A stretch of DNA of 64,000 bases from Patescibacteria group bacterium (GTDB taxonomy: Bacteria > Patescibacteriota > Saccharimonadia > UBA4664 > SCTI01): contig SCTI01000002.1 in assembly GCA_004297735.1 (NCBI GenBank), forward strand, positions 160 through 64,159. The letters run 5' to 3'. The notes below the pieces were generated by a model, which ran no database searches, was not told where the DNA came from, and saw only the letters and a program-made list of their open reading frames with translations. A program made the translations under genes and the position numbers. Position 1 is the stretch's first letter. Each line of letters opens with the position of its first letter. Of the stretch, positions 39,414-49,263 are shown piece by piece.

Positions 39414-39989
39414 CTATTGAGCCGGCCGCACCCACATTCGTTCAACCCAACCATTTCTGGGTTCTTCAAACGTATCATCGGTTGAATTAAATCCAAGCTT
39501 TTTGAGGATTTTTACGCTTGGAGCATTACTATCTTCACAAAATGCCACGAACTCTGTTATCTCCATACTAGTCTGAGCCATCTGCATTAAGGCTTGAATT
39601 GAAGCGGTAACGAGGCCCCTGCCCCTCATCGAAGGGTCGAGAAAATAACCAAAACCGATCACGGTTGGGTTGGGCGTTCCGGACATGTAGCCATTGTCCT
39701 GCCATAAGTTGACCCAACCCACCATATTATCTTGCTGCACAAGGGTGTAGCGAAGGATATCAGGCTTACTTTGGCCTCTCCTAATCTCATTGACCACATC
39801 TGCCTCGTTGAGCATTTTGGAGGCCACAGTGACACGGTCGCGTATGCTCGGATCAGCCTCGAGTATTTCAATAGTCCTTTTAGCATCAGATTCCTGTACT
39901 AACCTCAGGTAGACATCATCTTGCACTTGGACTTTTTGTAGTGCCGGAATTTGGTGTAAGTCTCTTGCAATATTTTTTGGCTTTGTCAT
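39414..39989 (-). CDS. GNAT family N-acetyltransferase
   Basis: 191 aa; acetyl-CoA binding motif RGRGLVTASIQALM. Confidence 0.65.
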   Translation of the reverse strand: MTKPKNIARDLHQIPALQKVQVQDDVYLRLVQESDAKRTIEILEADPSIRDRVTVASKMLNEADVVNEIRRGQSKPDILRYTLVQQDNMVGWVNLWQDNGYMSGTPNPTVIGFGYFLDPSMRGRGLVTASIQALMQMAQTSMEITEFVAFCEDSNAPSVKILKKLGFNSTDDTFEEPRNGWVERMWVRPAQ

Positions 39990-40080
39990 ACCAAAACTAT
40001 ACTATAAATTTTTGAGATCAGAATTCGTTAATATTAGTTGTTTACGATAAATAGGCCTGGTGGATACGGTCTCACGACGA

Positions 40081-40152
40081 GGGGCCGAGCTGGTGCTATA
40101 CTTTGGCTTCGTCACCCGCTGTATTGGGGTTCGATTCCCCATAGCTCCACCA
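40081..40152 (+). ncRNA. 72-nt tRNA-Ala/tmRNA-TLD-like mini-RNA; no anticodon/D arms recognisable
   Basis: Acceptor 5' GGGGCCG pairs with 3' TAGCTCC via G3:U70; 37-nt body; T-arm TGGGG-TTCGATT-CCCCA; discriminator A + encoded CCA; 3' end CATAGCTCCACCA identical to tRNA-Ala/tmRNA ends; terminator 13 nt downstream. Confidence 0.5.
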
Positions 40153-40164
40153 GGTTAATAAACA

Positions 40165-40193
40165 AAAATAGCCGCCCGGAGCGGCTATTTTTG
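40165..40193. terminator. Bidirectional intrinsic terminator (AAAAATAGCCGC-ccgga-GCGGCTATTTTT)
   Basis: Perfect 12-nt arms including A/T tracts immediately after the mini-RNA. Confidence 0.7.
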
Positions 40194-40317
40194 TAGTCAG
40201 TGTTGTCGGGCCAGTGCCACAGCTCCACCAGATACATTCGATACCTTTGTATCGATTTGATTGTAGCGCATTCTACTCCTTGACGCCATCCCCTTTTTCA
40301 GGTAAGATGGTCGAGTT

Positions 40318-40713
40318 ATGAAAACCGATATTCATCCGACATTATTCGACACCAAGGTGCACTGCAACGGTTGTGATACCAACTTCACTACTCGCGCCAC
40401 GGTGCCAGAGATCACAGTTGAGATTTGTTCGAACTGTCATCCGTTCTACACCGGCAAGCAAAAGCTGGTGGATACCGCTGGTCGCGTTGAGAAGTTTGAG
40501 GCTCGCCGTAAGGCCGCCGAGGCCAAGAAGGCCGCTAGCTTAAAGGCAGCCGATGTTAAGGCTGAGCGTGAGGCCAAAAAGGCTCAAAAGAACGACCCTG
40601 AGCTTAAGGAAATTGCCGAGGAGCTCAAGGATCAGACCATTGATGAGCCAGCCGAGGTTGATGCTCCGGCTCCAGAAGCTGAGACCGAAAAGACCGATTC
40701 AACCGAATCTTAA
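40318..40713 (+). CDS. rpmE: 50S ribosomal protein L31 with Lys/Ala/Glu-rich C-terminal extension
   Basis: [25 protein letters not shown]...[13 protein letters not shown]; promoter TTGACG-N17-TAAGAT upstream. Confidence 0.85.
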   Translation: MKTDIHPTLFDTKVHCNGCDTNFTTRATVPEITVEICSNCHPFYTGKQKLVDTAGRVEKFEARRKAAEAKKAASLKAADVKAEREAKKAQKNDPELKEIAEELKDQTIDEPAEVDAPAPEAETEKTDSTES

Positions 40714-40779
40714 ATAATTATTAAACTTAGCAGCACGTTCGTTATTCGGCGTGCTGTTTTGTTATGATGGAGTACAGAT

Positions 40780-41826
40780 ATGGATGCCACCGAGCAAAAA
40801 ACCCGCGAGGAGTACGGTCAGCTAGAACAAAAGCTGATGGATAGCTCGTTGTTTGGTACGCCAGAATACGTAAAAGCGGCTAAGCGTCAGACCGAGCTAA
40901 AGCCCTTGATGGCGCTGTACGATGAGCGACGGCTGGTTGAGGATGATTTAAAGGCGCTGGAAGATCCAGAGATGGCCGAGCTAGCCGCTGGCGAACGGCC
41001 AGGCCTAGAGGCGCGGTTGGCCGAGGTTCAAGACAAGTTAAAGGTAGCTCTGGTGCCCAAAGATCCAAATGACGGCAAAAACGTAATTATTGAGATTAGG
41101 GCCGGGGCCGGCGGTGATGAGTCGACCTTGTTTGGCGCTGAGCTTTTTAGGGCTTACAGCCGCTACGCCGAAGCTCGTGGCTGGAAGGTAGAGGTTGATA
41201 GCGAAAGCCCCAGTGATGTTGGTGGCTACAAAGAGATTGTGTTTGAGATCCGCGGTGACGGTGTCTATGGCGACATGAAGTACGAGTCGGGCGTGCACCG
41301 CGTCCAGCGCGTACCGGCCACCGAATCGCAAGGCCGAGTTCATACCTCGACCATAACCGTTGCGGTACTGCCGGAGGCCGAGGAGACTGAGCTGGCGATC
41401 AACGAGAATGATTTGCGCATCGACGTGTTTCGAAGCGGTGGCCACGGTGGCCAGAGCGTTAACACTACCGACTCGGCGGTGCGTATTACTCACCTACCTA
41501 CCGGCACGGTGGTAACCTGTCAGGACGAAAAGAGTCAGCTTAAAAACAAGCAAAAGGCTATGGGCGTGCTACGCTCTCGCCTGCTGGCCCAAAAGCTTGA
41601 GGCCGAGCAGCGCGAAAACCGCGAGGCGCGCCTGGCTCAGATTGGCACCGGCGATCGTAGCGAAAAGATTCGCACCTATAACTTCCCCCAAGACCGCATT
41701 ACCGATCACCGTATTGGCCGCACCCAGCACGGTCTCCCGCAGTTTATGGCCGGTGAAATTAGCGGCATGATTGAGGCCCTAAAAGCCGAAGATCTTAAAC
41801 GGGCATTAGAAACTGCAGGCCTGTAA
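40780..41826 (+). CDS. prfA: Peptide chain release factor 1
   Basis: PxT tripeptide ([10 protein letters not shown]) and GGQ ([10 protein letters not shown]). Confidence 0.9.
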   Translation: MDATEQKTREEYGQLEQKLMDSSLFGTPEYVKAAKRQTELKPLMALYDERRLVEDDLKALEDPEMAELAAGERPGLEARLAEVQDKLKVALVPKDPNDGKNVIIEIRAGAGGDESTLFGAELFRAYSRYAEARGWKVEVDSESPSDVGGYKEIVFEIRGDGVYGDMKYESGVHRVQRVPATESQGRVHTSTITVAVLPEAEETELAINENDLRIDVFRSGGHGGQSVNTTDSAVRITHLPTGTVVTCQDEKSQLKNKQKAMGVLRSRLLAQKLEAEQRENREARLAQIGTGDRSEKIRTYNFPQDRITDHRIGRTQHGLPQFMAGEISGMIEALKAEDLKRALETAGL

Positions 41827-42632
41827 TGACGGTTGGGCAGCTAATTGAACAAAGCGTTGCGCAGTTAGAGGTCGCCGGGGTTACCGGGGCAAGACTGGAC
41901 GCCCAGCTGCTAATTGCTCATGCGGTCGGGCGCAACCGCGCCTGGGTGATGGCTCACCCGGAGTTTGAGCTAGGCTTAGATCAGCTAGAGCTAGTAAAAG
42001 ACTTGATGCAACGACGTGCTCAGCGTGAGCCGGTCGTTCATTTAACAAACAAGCGTGAATTCTACGGTTTAGAGTTTTACATTAACGCCGATGTGCTCAC
42101 CCCTAGAGCCGAAACCGAACAGATGGTTGAGTGGGCGGTAAAGAGCGCCCCCAAAGACTCCCGCTTAATTGACGTTGGCACCGGTAGTGGCGCGATCGCG
42201 GTGGCGATTGCCAAGCAGCGGCCGGACCTCAAGATTATGGCAACCGATGTTACCGACGAGGCTTTGGCGGTGGCGCGGCAAAATATTGCGGCTCACAAAG
42301 TTCAGGTTGAGCTGGTTAAATCCGACCTATTTGAATCGGTTAAGGGTGAGTTTGATACGGTGGTAACCAACCTGCCCTACCTGCAAGATGACGCCGAACT
42401 GATGCCCGAGGTGCAAAAGGAGCCGGCGGTGGCTCTGCACGGCGGAGCGGACGGCCTTGATCTGTACCGTCGCTTTTTGCAGCAGCTGCCCTCGCACTTA
42501 CGCCCTGGCGGCTATCTGTTTACCGAATGCGACCCCTGGCAGCACGCCGGCTTAATTGAAGCCGCTGCAAATCAGCAGCTTTTACTGCAGCAAGAGGGTT
42601 ATTTTATTTTGGGATTTCAGCTCGCGAGCTAA
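41826..42632 (+). CDS. prmC: Release factor glutamine N5-methyltransferase PrmC (HemK)
   Basis: 268 aa; DVGTGSGAIAV motif I and NLPY (VVTNLPYL) motif IV; overlaps prfA stop. Confidence 0.85.
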   Translation: MTVGQLIEQSVAQLEVAGVTGARLDAQLLIAHAVGRNRAWVMAHPEFELGLDQLELVKDLMQRRAQREPVVHLTNKREFYGLEFYINADVLTPRAETEQMVEWAVKSAPKDSRLIDVGTGSGAIAVAIAKQRPDLKIMATDVTDEALAVARQNIAAHKVQVELVKSDLFESVKGEFDTVVTNLPYLQDDAELMPEVQKEPAVALHGGADGLDLYRRFLQQLPSHLRPGGYLFTECDPWQHAGLIEAAANQQLLLQQEGYFILGFQLAS

Positions 42633-42633
42633 A

Positions 42634-43779
42634 CTACTGCCGAGGCGCCTCACCCAGCGTTACCTCAATTGTCTGCTGCTGGCCATCACGCCACACCGTC
42701 AGCTTAACCTTATCTCCAGGCTTGTAATCGTTAATTAAGGTTGAGAGACTGTGATCTTCATCAATGGTCTTGTTGTTAACCTTAATAATAATGTCGCCCT
42801 CTTTTAATCCGGCCTTAGCGGCGGGACTGTCGGCCGCTATTGCGGGCTGACCCTGACTGCTGGTTAAGTAGGCACCGGCGGTGACCTTAAGGTCGTTACT
42901 GGCGGCAAACTCCTTGGTTACAGGTATGTAGCGCACTCCAATGTAAGCCTTTACTATCTTCCCCTGGGTTTTAACCGTTTCTAGCTGGGCTGCAATTTGG
43001 TTGATGGGAATAGCAAACCCTATACCCTGGGCATTACCCGCCACAGCGGTATTGATACCAATCACCTTACCGGTCAGATCCACCAGCGGACCACCCGAGT
43101 TGCCAGGATTAATGGCGGCATCGGTTTGAAAAAGATTCTGGAGCTGCTCAACCTTGTTGCCCTGCTGATCACCGGCAGCCACCGGGCGCCCTAAGCCCGA
43201 AATGATACCGGTGGTAACGGTGTTTTCAAACTGCCCAAGCGCGTTTCCGATCGCCATAACCTGCGTACCAACCTGAATCTTTGATGAGTCACCTAGCTCA
43301 GCCGCTTTTAGCCCACTGGCTTTGATCCGTAAAAAGGCAGTGTCATTTTGGGCGTCACGCGCCACCACCTGCACATCCTTATACTCCTTACCTTCCGAGG
43401 TAAAAACGGTTAGATTACTGGCACCTTCAATCACATGGTTGTTGGTGATGATCAAGCCATCCGAACTGGCAATAACCCCAGTACCGGCGCCCTGGGTGGT
43501 TTGTGAGGCCCCAAAAAAGCTAAAGCCGGTTGATTCCGAGGTGATCGAGACCACACTCGGTGAGACCTTTTTTGCCACCTCGATCGTGGCCGAACTTTGT
43601 TCTAATAAGATTGACTGTTTGCTAACAGGAATCAAGCCCGGCACCAGCCGAGCCAGTCCAAAAGTGGTTAAAGACCCGCCAATAATGCCGCAGATCAATG
43701 CCACTAGTACAAATCGCCCGGCAAATGGACGGGGCGTTAGCGGATTTGATTTAGTTGGTTTTGCCTCGGTATCTGTCAT
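42634..43779 (-). CDS. htrA: HtrA/DegP-family serine protease with PDZ
   Basis: Catalytic triad context, GNSGGPL serine motif, C-terminal PDZ; N-terminal TM. Confidence 0.85.
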   Translation of the reverse strand: MTDTEAKPTKSNPLTPRPFAGRFVLVALICGIIGGSLTTFGLARLVPGLIPVSKQSILLEQSSATIEVAKKVSPSVVSITSESTGFSFFGASQTTQGAGTGVIASSDGLIITNNHVIEGASNLTVFTSEGKEYKDVQVVARDAQNDTAFLRIKASGLKAAELGDSSKIQVGTQVMAIGNALGQFENTVTTGIISGLGRPVAAGDQQGNKVEQLQNLFQTDAAINPGNSGGPLVDLTGKVIGINTAVAGNAQGIGFAIPINQIAAQLETVKTQGKIVKAYIGVRYIPVTKEFAASNDLKVTAGAYLTSSQGQPAIAADSPAAKAGLKEGDIIIKVNNKTIDEDHSLSTLINDYKPGDKVKLTVWRDGQQQTIEVTLGEAPRQ

Positions 43780-43821
43780 CCGATTATACTCCTCTACCCC
43801 TTGAATTAGATTAAGATTTGA

Positions 43822-44580
43822 TTAAATCGTGCCATTCCAGCGAGTGCCAGCAATCACAATTGCCAGCAGCGCCGCGCCAATGGCCACATACTCAATTAGC
43901 CGACTGCGACTTAGTCGCTTAAGGCTGTGAGCGGTGACAATACTAACGAAACAATAACCTATACCCGCTATTATAATAGCGGCTTGCGGCACAATTATAT
44001 AGCCTCCCCCAATATCATAGTTAACCTGCCAGATGTACAACACCCACCCTACCTGAGCGGCTACTAAACCCCAGGTTGCCGCTAAGATATTGGCGGCCTT
44101 TTGTTGAGTCGATTCAAGCAGCCAGCGAGCGTTGGCGTAACTGGCTAACCATAACACCACCAACATAACCGCATCCGGCCAGTGCCAAAAGGCGGTGGCT
44201 AAAAAGATGGCCGAAACCGCTAAAAGCTGGCCCACACCAGCAATCAGCGGGTATAGTCTTGGCTGCTGCCATCGCCATAATATTACCGACCAAGTGGCAT
44301 AAAAGATGGCAAGCGTAAGCTGGCTGGCCACCGGGAATACCGCTTGCCCAACCGGGGGCTGGTTCAACCCGATCAACACCACCACGCTCAGCCCGGCCAG
44401 TATTTCGGGTGTTAACCCAATTAGAGCCCTGTGGCTACGCCCTCGCCGATACCATCGAACTGCTGCTACTACTAGCACCAAAGTGGCGGCCAGCCAAGCA
44501 AAGCCATAGTGGCTTAAGAGCAGCACCGTAATGGCAAGAGCTAGCTGAACGAGAGCGAAAAAAAAGACGGTTAGAGTCAT
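43822..44580 (-). CDS. Hypothetical polytopic membrane protein
   Basis: 252 aa with about 7 hydrophobic helices; no recognised motif. Confidence 0.45.
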   Translation of the reverse strand: MTLTVFFFALVQLALAITVLLLSHYGFAWLAATLVLVVAAVRWYRRGRSHRALIGLTPEILAGLSVVVLIGLNQPPVGQAVFPVASQLTLAIFYATWSVILWRWQQPRLYPLIAGVGQLLAVSAIFLATAFWHWPDAVMLVVLWLASYANARWLLESTQQKAANILAATWGLVAAQVGWVLYIWQVNYDIGGGYIIVPQAAIIIAGIGYCFVSIVTAHSLKRLSRSRLIEYVAIGAALLAIVIAGTRWNGTI

Positions 44581-45965
44581 GGCTGTGTTGGTAGTTGATA
44601 ATCCTTACCCACCATTATAACAATGTCTGCCGAAGATGCAGGTTTAGCCGCTGGATCCCCCTTAACCACCGGCGCTTTAAAGCGCTGCTGTAGGTACCTA
44701 ACGGTATATGGCTTGGTGCCATTGCTGTAGTCAACCAGCTGAGTGGTGGGTTGCTGCTGAGTTGCCGTAGTTGTACCAACCACCTGGTAACTATAGGCCG
44801 ATAACTGGCGGTTCAGCCGATCGGCCAGACCGGTTCGGCCGCTGGCGTTAACAATCTCAATCTTAGGTGACTCTTTCTTAAGGTAGCCATCGGCAAAAAT
44901 GGTATGAACCAGCTCTTGAATCTCGCTGTAGTCAAACGAGCCTGCTCGAGGCAGTAGAATCGATCCAGCCCCCTTAAAGGTGTTAGAGCCATTAACCAGT
45001 AGGCCACCCTCTTCGTTGGTGAGAACCTTGGTTGTTATGGTGTCGGTTTTAGCATCTTTTAATAACTCTGCTAATTTTTGCACTTCGTTTAGCTGCAAGT
45101 CCATCCGAACATGATCGCCAATGCCGTCAATTAAAGCGCTCATCTTGATTGGATTGGTTAAGGTCTTAGCGGCCAAAACTTCGTGGCGCAGAGCGAGGAG
45201 TACCTCTTGCTGACGCGCGGCTCGCCCAAAATCACCCTCGCATACTCCATGACGACATCGGACGTACTTTAAGGCGGTGGCTCCGTTTAGTTTTTGTGCT
45301 CCCGGCTTGAGCGAAAATGGGCAGTAATTACGGCCGTTATCGCAGGGATAATCGGGATCATAAAGCGCTTTTTCGGGATTAACCTGGACGCCCCCTACCG
45401 CATCAACCGACTGCTTAAAGGCCCCAAAATCGGCTTGAATGTAGTAATGAATTGGCAGGTCCAGGATTTGGCTAACCACCTGTTTTGACAGCTCCGGACC
45501 ACCATAGGTGCCGGCAGCGTTAATCTTAGCCGCACCATAACCTGGAATTTTAACGTACAAATCACGCGGGATGCTCAGCATGGCTACATCCTTATGGATT
45601 GGATCAATGCTGGCCACCATAATGGTGTCGGTAAGCGCGCCGGCGGTGTGCTCTGCTCCGCCCACGCCTAGCAAGAGGATGTTAATCCGGCCATCTCCCT
45701 CCCCTTTTAGGCGGGTTGGGTCAATTTGGCCTTTAAGCGCAGGGGCGCCTTGGCTCGGCTTAGCAACCACTTTTTGGCTAGCTAAAACCGCCTTAACGCT
45801 CAGCATAGCTAAAACCGCCAGTACGAGCGAGATAATAATTACCCCAATGTGCTGACGGCGATCAAGAATAGTGCCGGCGATCCGGCGGCCAAAACTAGTG
45901 CTTGATGCTCCCATTGCAATCCAGTATATCAAACTATAAGCGTAAGCGTAAAAGCTTGCTGCCAT
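44577..45965 (-). CDS. LytR-CpsA-Psr (LCP) family cell-envelope phosphotransferase
   Basis: N-terminal TM; LCP core LLLGVGG...DTIMVASI...LSIPRDLYV. Confidence 0.75.
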   Translation of the reverse strand: MAASFYAYAYSLIYWIAMGASSTSFGRRIAGTILDRRQHIGVIIISLVLAVLAMLSVKAVLASQKVVAKPSQGAPALKGQIDPTRLKGEGDGRINILLLGVGGAEHTAGALTDTIMVASIDPIHKDVAMLSIPRDLYVKIPGYGAAKINAAGTYGGPELSKQVVSQILDLPIHYYIQADFGAFKQSVDAVGGVQVNPEKALYDPDYPCDNGRNYCPFSLKPGAQKLNGATALKYVRCRHGVCEGDFGRAARQQEVLLALRHEVLAAKTLTNPIKMSALIDGIGDHVRMDLQLNEVQKLAELLKDAKTDTITTKVLTNEEGGLLVNGSNTFKGAGSILLPRAGSFDYSEIQELVHTIFADGYLKKESPKIEIVNASGRTGLADRLNRQLSAYSYQVVGTTTATQQQPTTQLVDYSNGTKPYTVRYLQQRFKAPVVKGDPAAKPASSADIVIMVGKDYQLPTQP

Positions 45966-46642
45966 CTAGTTTAATCGGTATACTTGGGTCTAGTAATTTT
46001 CTTATTGTGAACCCAGATCTTAACCACCCTAACTCAACCACCGCTACCAGCGGCGAACCGACACCGTCCTTAGTTGAACGGATTTTTTCTCATTGGCTGG
46101 TTAGCTGGGTGATTATACCGGCCGCACTCATTTTCCTGCTACACAACTTTGTGTTTAGCGCTTACCACGTGGTTGGCAGCAGCATGATACCCAACCTGCA
46201 CGACTCTGACTACTTAATCATCTCTAAGGTCGGAAAGACGGTTAGCGGACTGAGCGGTCAAAAGTACACCGCTGAGCGTGGTCAAATCGTGGTCTTCCAC
46301 TACCCTAAAGAGCCACAATACGACTTTGTTAAGCGGGTGGTTGGATTGCCGGGAGAGCGAGTAGTGGTTAGAGATGGCAAGATCACCGTTTATAATACCG
46401 AACACCCAAATGGTTTTGATCCCGACACCACTCACACCACTACCGGCAGCTACACTCAGGCCGGACCGGACGATGAGCCGATTGACGTCACGGTGCCAGA
46501 AGGCAACATTTTTGTGGTTGGCGACAATCGTACACCCAATGGCTCCACCGACTCACGCGAATGGGGCTTTTTACCTAGCAGCGATATCGTGGGTAACGTG
46601 GTGCTTCGACTCTACCCGCTTAACTCAATTAAACTGTTTTAA
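45902..46642 (+). CDS. lepB: Signal peptidase I (S26)
   Basis: Catalytic Ser in VVGSSMIPNL, Lys region, GDNRTPNGSTDSREWG box E; 5' end overlaps divergent LCP gene so true start is probably downstream/non-ATG. Confidence 0.8.
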   Translation: MMLPLQSSISNYKRKRKSLLPSSLIGILGSSNFLIVNPDLNHPNSTTATSGEPTPSLVERIFSHWLVSWVIIPAALIFLLHNFVFSAYHVVGSSMIPNLHDSDYLIISKVGKTVSGLSGQKYTAERGQIVVFHYPKEPQYDFVKRVVGLPGERVVVRDGKITVYNTEHPNGFDPDTTHTTTGSYTQAGPDDEPIDVTVPEGNIFVVGDNRTPNGSTDSREWGFLPSSDIVGNVVLRLYPLNSIKLF

Positions 46643-47537
46643 GTTTTTGCAATAATTGATCAAGCTCGGCTTGATCGCGATAACTCAGTACCAGGCTTCC
46701 GCCCTTGGCGCCGGCTTTAGCTCGTACCGAAACACCTAAACGCTGCGACACCGCCTTAATGGTGTCGGCAGAGACTGTAATTGAGTTTGAAGCTGGGCTC
46801 TTGTGAACGGATTGAGGGGCGGTAGGGGCATTAGCCTGCTGCGCTAGCGCCTCAGCCTGGCGGACGCTCAGACCCTGGTCGATAATTGCTTTCAGTAGGC
46901 CTTCCCGTTCGTCTGGGTTCACGGCCAGAATGGCACGACCATGAGCCTCCGATATCTTGCCGGCAGCTAATGCCTGCAAGGCCGCTTCGGGAAGTTGCAG
47001 TAAGCGCAGCTGGTTCGAAATCGTTGATTTGGCTCGACCCACCCGCTTGGCTACCTGGTCTAGCGACAGATTAAACTCGTCCATTAGCTTCTTGTAGGCC
47101 ACCGCCGCCTCAAGCGGGTTGAGGTTGGCGCGCTGGACGTTTTCGATCAAGGCCAGCTCTAGCTTTTGCTGTTCACCAAAACTTCGCACTATTACCGGTG
47201 CGGTGGCTTGACCGGCCAGCTTACTAGCCCTCAGTCGTCGCTCGCCAGCAATCAACTGGTAGCGGTCACCGTCTTGGCTGACAACCAGCGGCTGTAACAC
47301 GCCGTGCTCTTTAATTGAGCTCGCCAAAGCCTCCAGCTCGGCTTGATCAAACTGGGTTCGAGGTTGATGTGGGTTGGGGTCAATTTGCTCAACCTTAATT
47401 AGCTGAACGGCTTCACCTAAGTTGGCGGCTGAACTAGTGGCGATTGCGCCCGACTCGGCTGGCTCTACCCCCGTGGGCTCCAATTTGGTGGGTATCAGCG
47501 AATCTAAGCCTCGCCCTAAACCGCGTGGTTTACTCAT
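46629..47537 (-). CDS. parB: Chromosome partitioning protein ParB (Spo0J)
   Basis: ParB box GERRLRA, HTH, 302 aa. Confidence 0.85.
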   Translation of the reverse strand: MSKPRGLGRGLDSLIPTKLEPTGVEPAESGAIATSSAANLGEAVQLIKVEQIDPNPHQPRTQFDQAELEALASSIKEHGVLQPLVVSQDGDRYQLIAGERRLRASKLAGQATAPVIVRSFGEQQKLELALIENVQRANLNPLEAAVAYKKLMDEFNLSLDQVAKRVGRAKSTISNQLRLLQLPEAALQALAAGKISEAHGRAILAVNPDEREGLLKAIIDQGLSVRQAEALAQQANAPTAPQSVHKSPASNSITVSADTIKAVSQRLGVSVRAKAGAKGGSLVLSYRDQAELDQLLQKLKTV

Positions 47538-48349
47538 GCTGCCACCTTCTTTTTAGCAGCCTCAGCGGCGCCCTTTTTGGTCTTAGCCTGAGCCTTGGCT
47601 CGCTTGGTCACCTCTTTGGCGAGAGCGTTGTAGCTACGAGCACCCTTACTCCATTTGTCGTAGTGGCTGATTGGCTGACCGTAGCTGGGAGCCTCAGCTA
47701 AGCGAACGTTACGAGGGATAATGGTGTCAAAAACCTTGTCGGGAAAATGACGCTTAACCTCTTGGTGCACCTGTGCACTTAGAGTGGTACGACCGTTATG
47801 CATGGTCAAAACCACCCCCATTAAATCTAGTTCTGGGTTGAGCGCCTGGCGCACTCGCTGAACGGTCTGAATTAGCTGGCCAAGACCTTCAAGAGCGTAA
47901 AACTCGGCCTGGACCGGGATAATAAGCGAGTCGGCGGCGGTTAGGCCATTAACGGTCAACAACCCGAGCGATGGCGGGCAATCAATTAAAATGTAGTCGT
48001 ATGGTAGATCCTGGAGCGCTTGCCGCAGCTTAAACTCGCGCTGCTTGGTGTCGACCAGCTCTACCTCGGCGGCCGCTAAAACTGGGGCGGCAGGCAGCAC
48101 CACGACGCCGTTGTAGTTGGTGCGCAGAGCGGCTTCGTGGGGGTGAACATCACCGGTCAGCACGTCATATAAACTGGTGTCGACCATACTCTTATCCACG
48201 CCCAGACCGCTGGTGGTGTTACCCTGAGGGTCCAGATCGACCACCATTACTCGCGCCGAACCTTTGGCTAAAAATGCAGCCAAATTAATGGTGGTGGTGG
48301 TCTTTCCGACTCCCCCTTTTTGGTTAGCTATCGCGATAACGTGTGCCAC
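47534..48349 (-). CDS. parA: Chromosome partitioning ATPase ParA (Soj)
   Basis: Deviant Walker A KGGVGKTT; 271 aa with basic C-tail. Confidence 0.9.
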   Translation of the reverse strand: MAHVIAIANQKGGVGKTTTTINLAAFLAKGSARVMVVDLDPQGNTTSGLGVDKSMVDTSLYDVLTGDVHPHEAALRTNYNGVVVLPAAPVLAAAEVELVDTKQREFKLRQALQDLPYDYILIDCPPSLGLLTVNGLTAADSLIIPVQAEFYALEGLGQLIQTVQRVRQALNPELDLMGVVLTMHNGRTTLSAQVHQEVKRHFPDKVFDTIIPRNVRLAEAPSYGQPISHYDKWSKGARSYNALAKEVTKRAKAQAKTKKGAAEAAKKKVAA

Positions 48350-48399
48350 TCGAACCCTCTTTGTATTAGCTGAATTATACCATCAACGAGCTTGTGTTT

Positions 48400-49263
48400 C
48401 TATGGTTTTGGAGTGACCGCTACTGGTGTGGCTACCACCACAATGCGCTGAGTTTCACGGACATCGTTACAGGTGTAAATTGTTAGCTGCGGTGTCGCGG
48501 TCTGGTTGAGCACCGCCACTTCGGTACGAGGCACCACTCGCTTGGCTTGAACCGCATACTGACGACGGGTACCCTGGTTGTCGACCAAAATCAGGTCGCC
48601 TACCTCTAGCTTATCGAGATTATATAGCGTGGTGGTGTTGGGCGGCAGATACTTAAACCGGTGGCCGGCCAACACGTAGTTACCACTGTCTACGCTACCG
48701 GTTTGATTCCAGACTCCCTCAGCCCGATCCAATACCGTTAAATCGGCACCAGCCAGCACCGCTGTATCCACCCCAATCTTGGGTATCACCAGTCGGTTTT
48801 GGGTGGTTGGTGCGGCCTGCGTAAAGGTTGGTGACGGTTGAACCGCGGTAGCCGGCTGCGATGGCGCGATCATGTGGCCAACTCGATACTGGACCTCGGG
48901 TACCCAAGGGTATAGGGCGATGGCCGCGGCCAAAAAGGTTGCCACTAGGCTAGCGCGAACCACCCAACGATAGCGACCTAGATGCCGCCGCCAGTGCGAA
49001 TAAGCCGCCCGCAAGTGCTCGGCGTTGAACTGTCGCTGAACCGCCGCGGTGTCCGCCAGAACCTGCTGCACCGAGTCCGGCTGTAGTTTAAAAAAGCGAG
49101 GCTCACTGGTCAGCTGCAGCTGAAGATCAATGGGGACTTGTTTGCAAACCTTGTTGCGGCTATCTAGAAAATATCGGTATGGCCCCTTCTCCCAGGTTTG
49201 GTCGGGGCTGAACAGACTTGGAGGAGACTGCAGGTAGGCTGAGCGACTAAAAGAAGGTTGCAT
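48400..49263 (-). CDS. Sortase family transpeptidase
   Basis: TM anchor then sortase core: catalytic His (VLAGHR), TLxTC-like LTIYTCN Cys, conserved Arg; adjacent to LAATG-bearing protein. Confidence 0.65.
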   Translation of the reverse strand: MQPSFSRSAYLQSPPSLFSPDQTWEKGPYRYFLDSRNKVCKQVPIDLQLQLTSEPRFFKLQPDSVQQVLADTAAVQRQFNAEHLRAAYSHWRRHLGRYRWVVRASLVATFLAAAIALYPWVPEVQYRVGHMIAPSQPATAVQPSPTFTQAAPTTQNRLVIPKIGVDTAVLAGADLTVLDRAEGVWNQTGSVDSGNYVLAGHRFKYLPPNTTTLYNLDKLEVGDLILVDNQGTRRQYAVQAKRVVPRTEVAVLNQTATPQLTIYTCNDVRETQRIVVVATPVAVTPKP

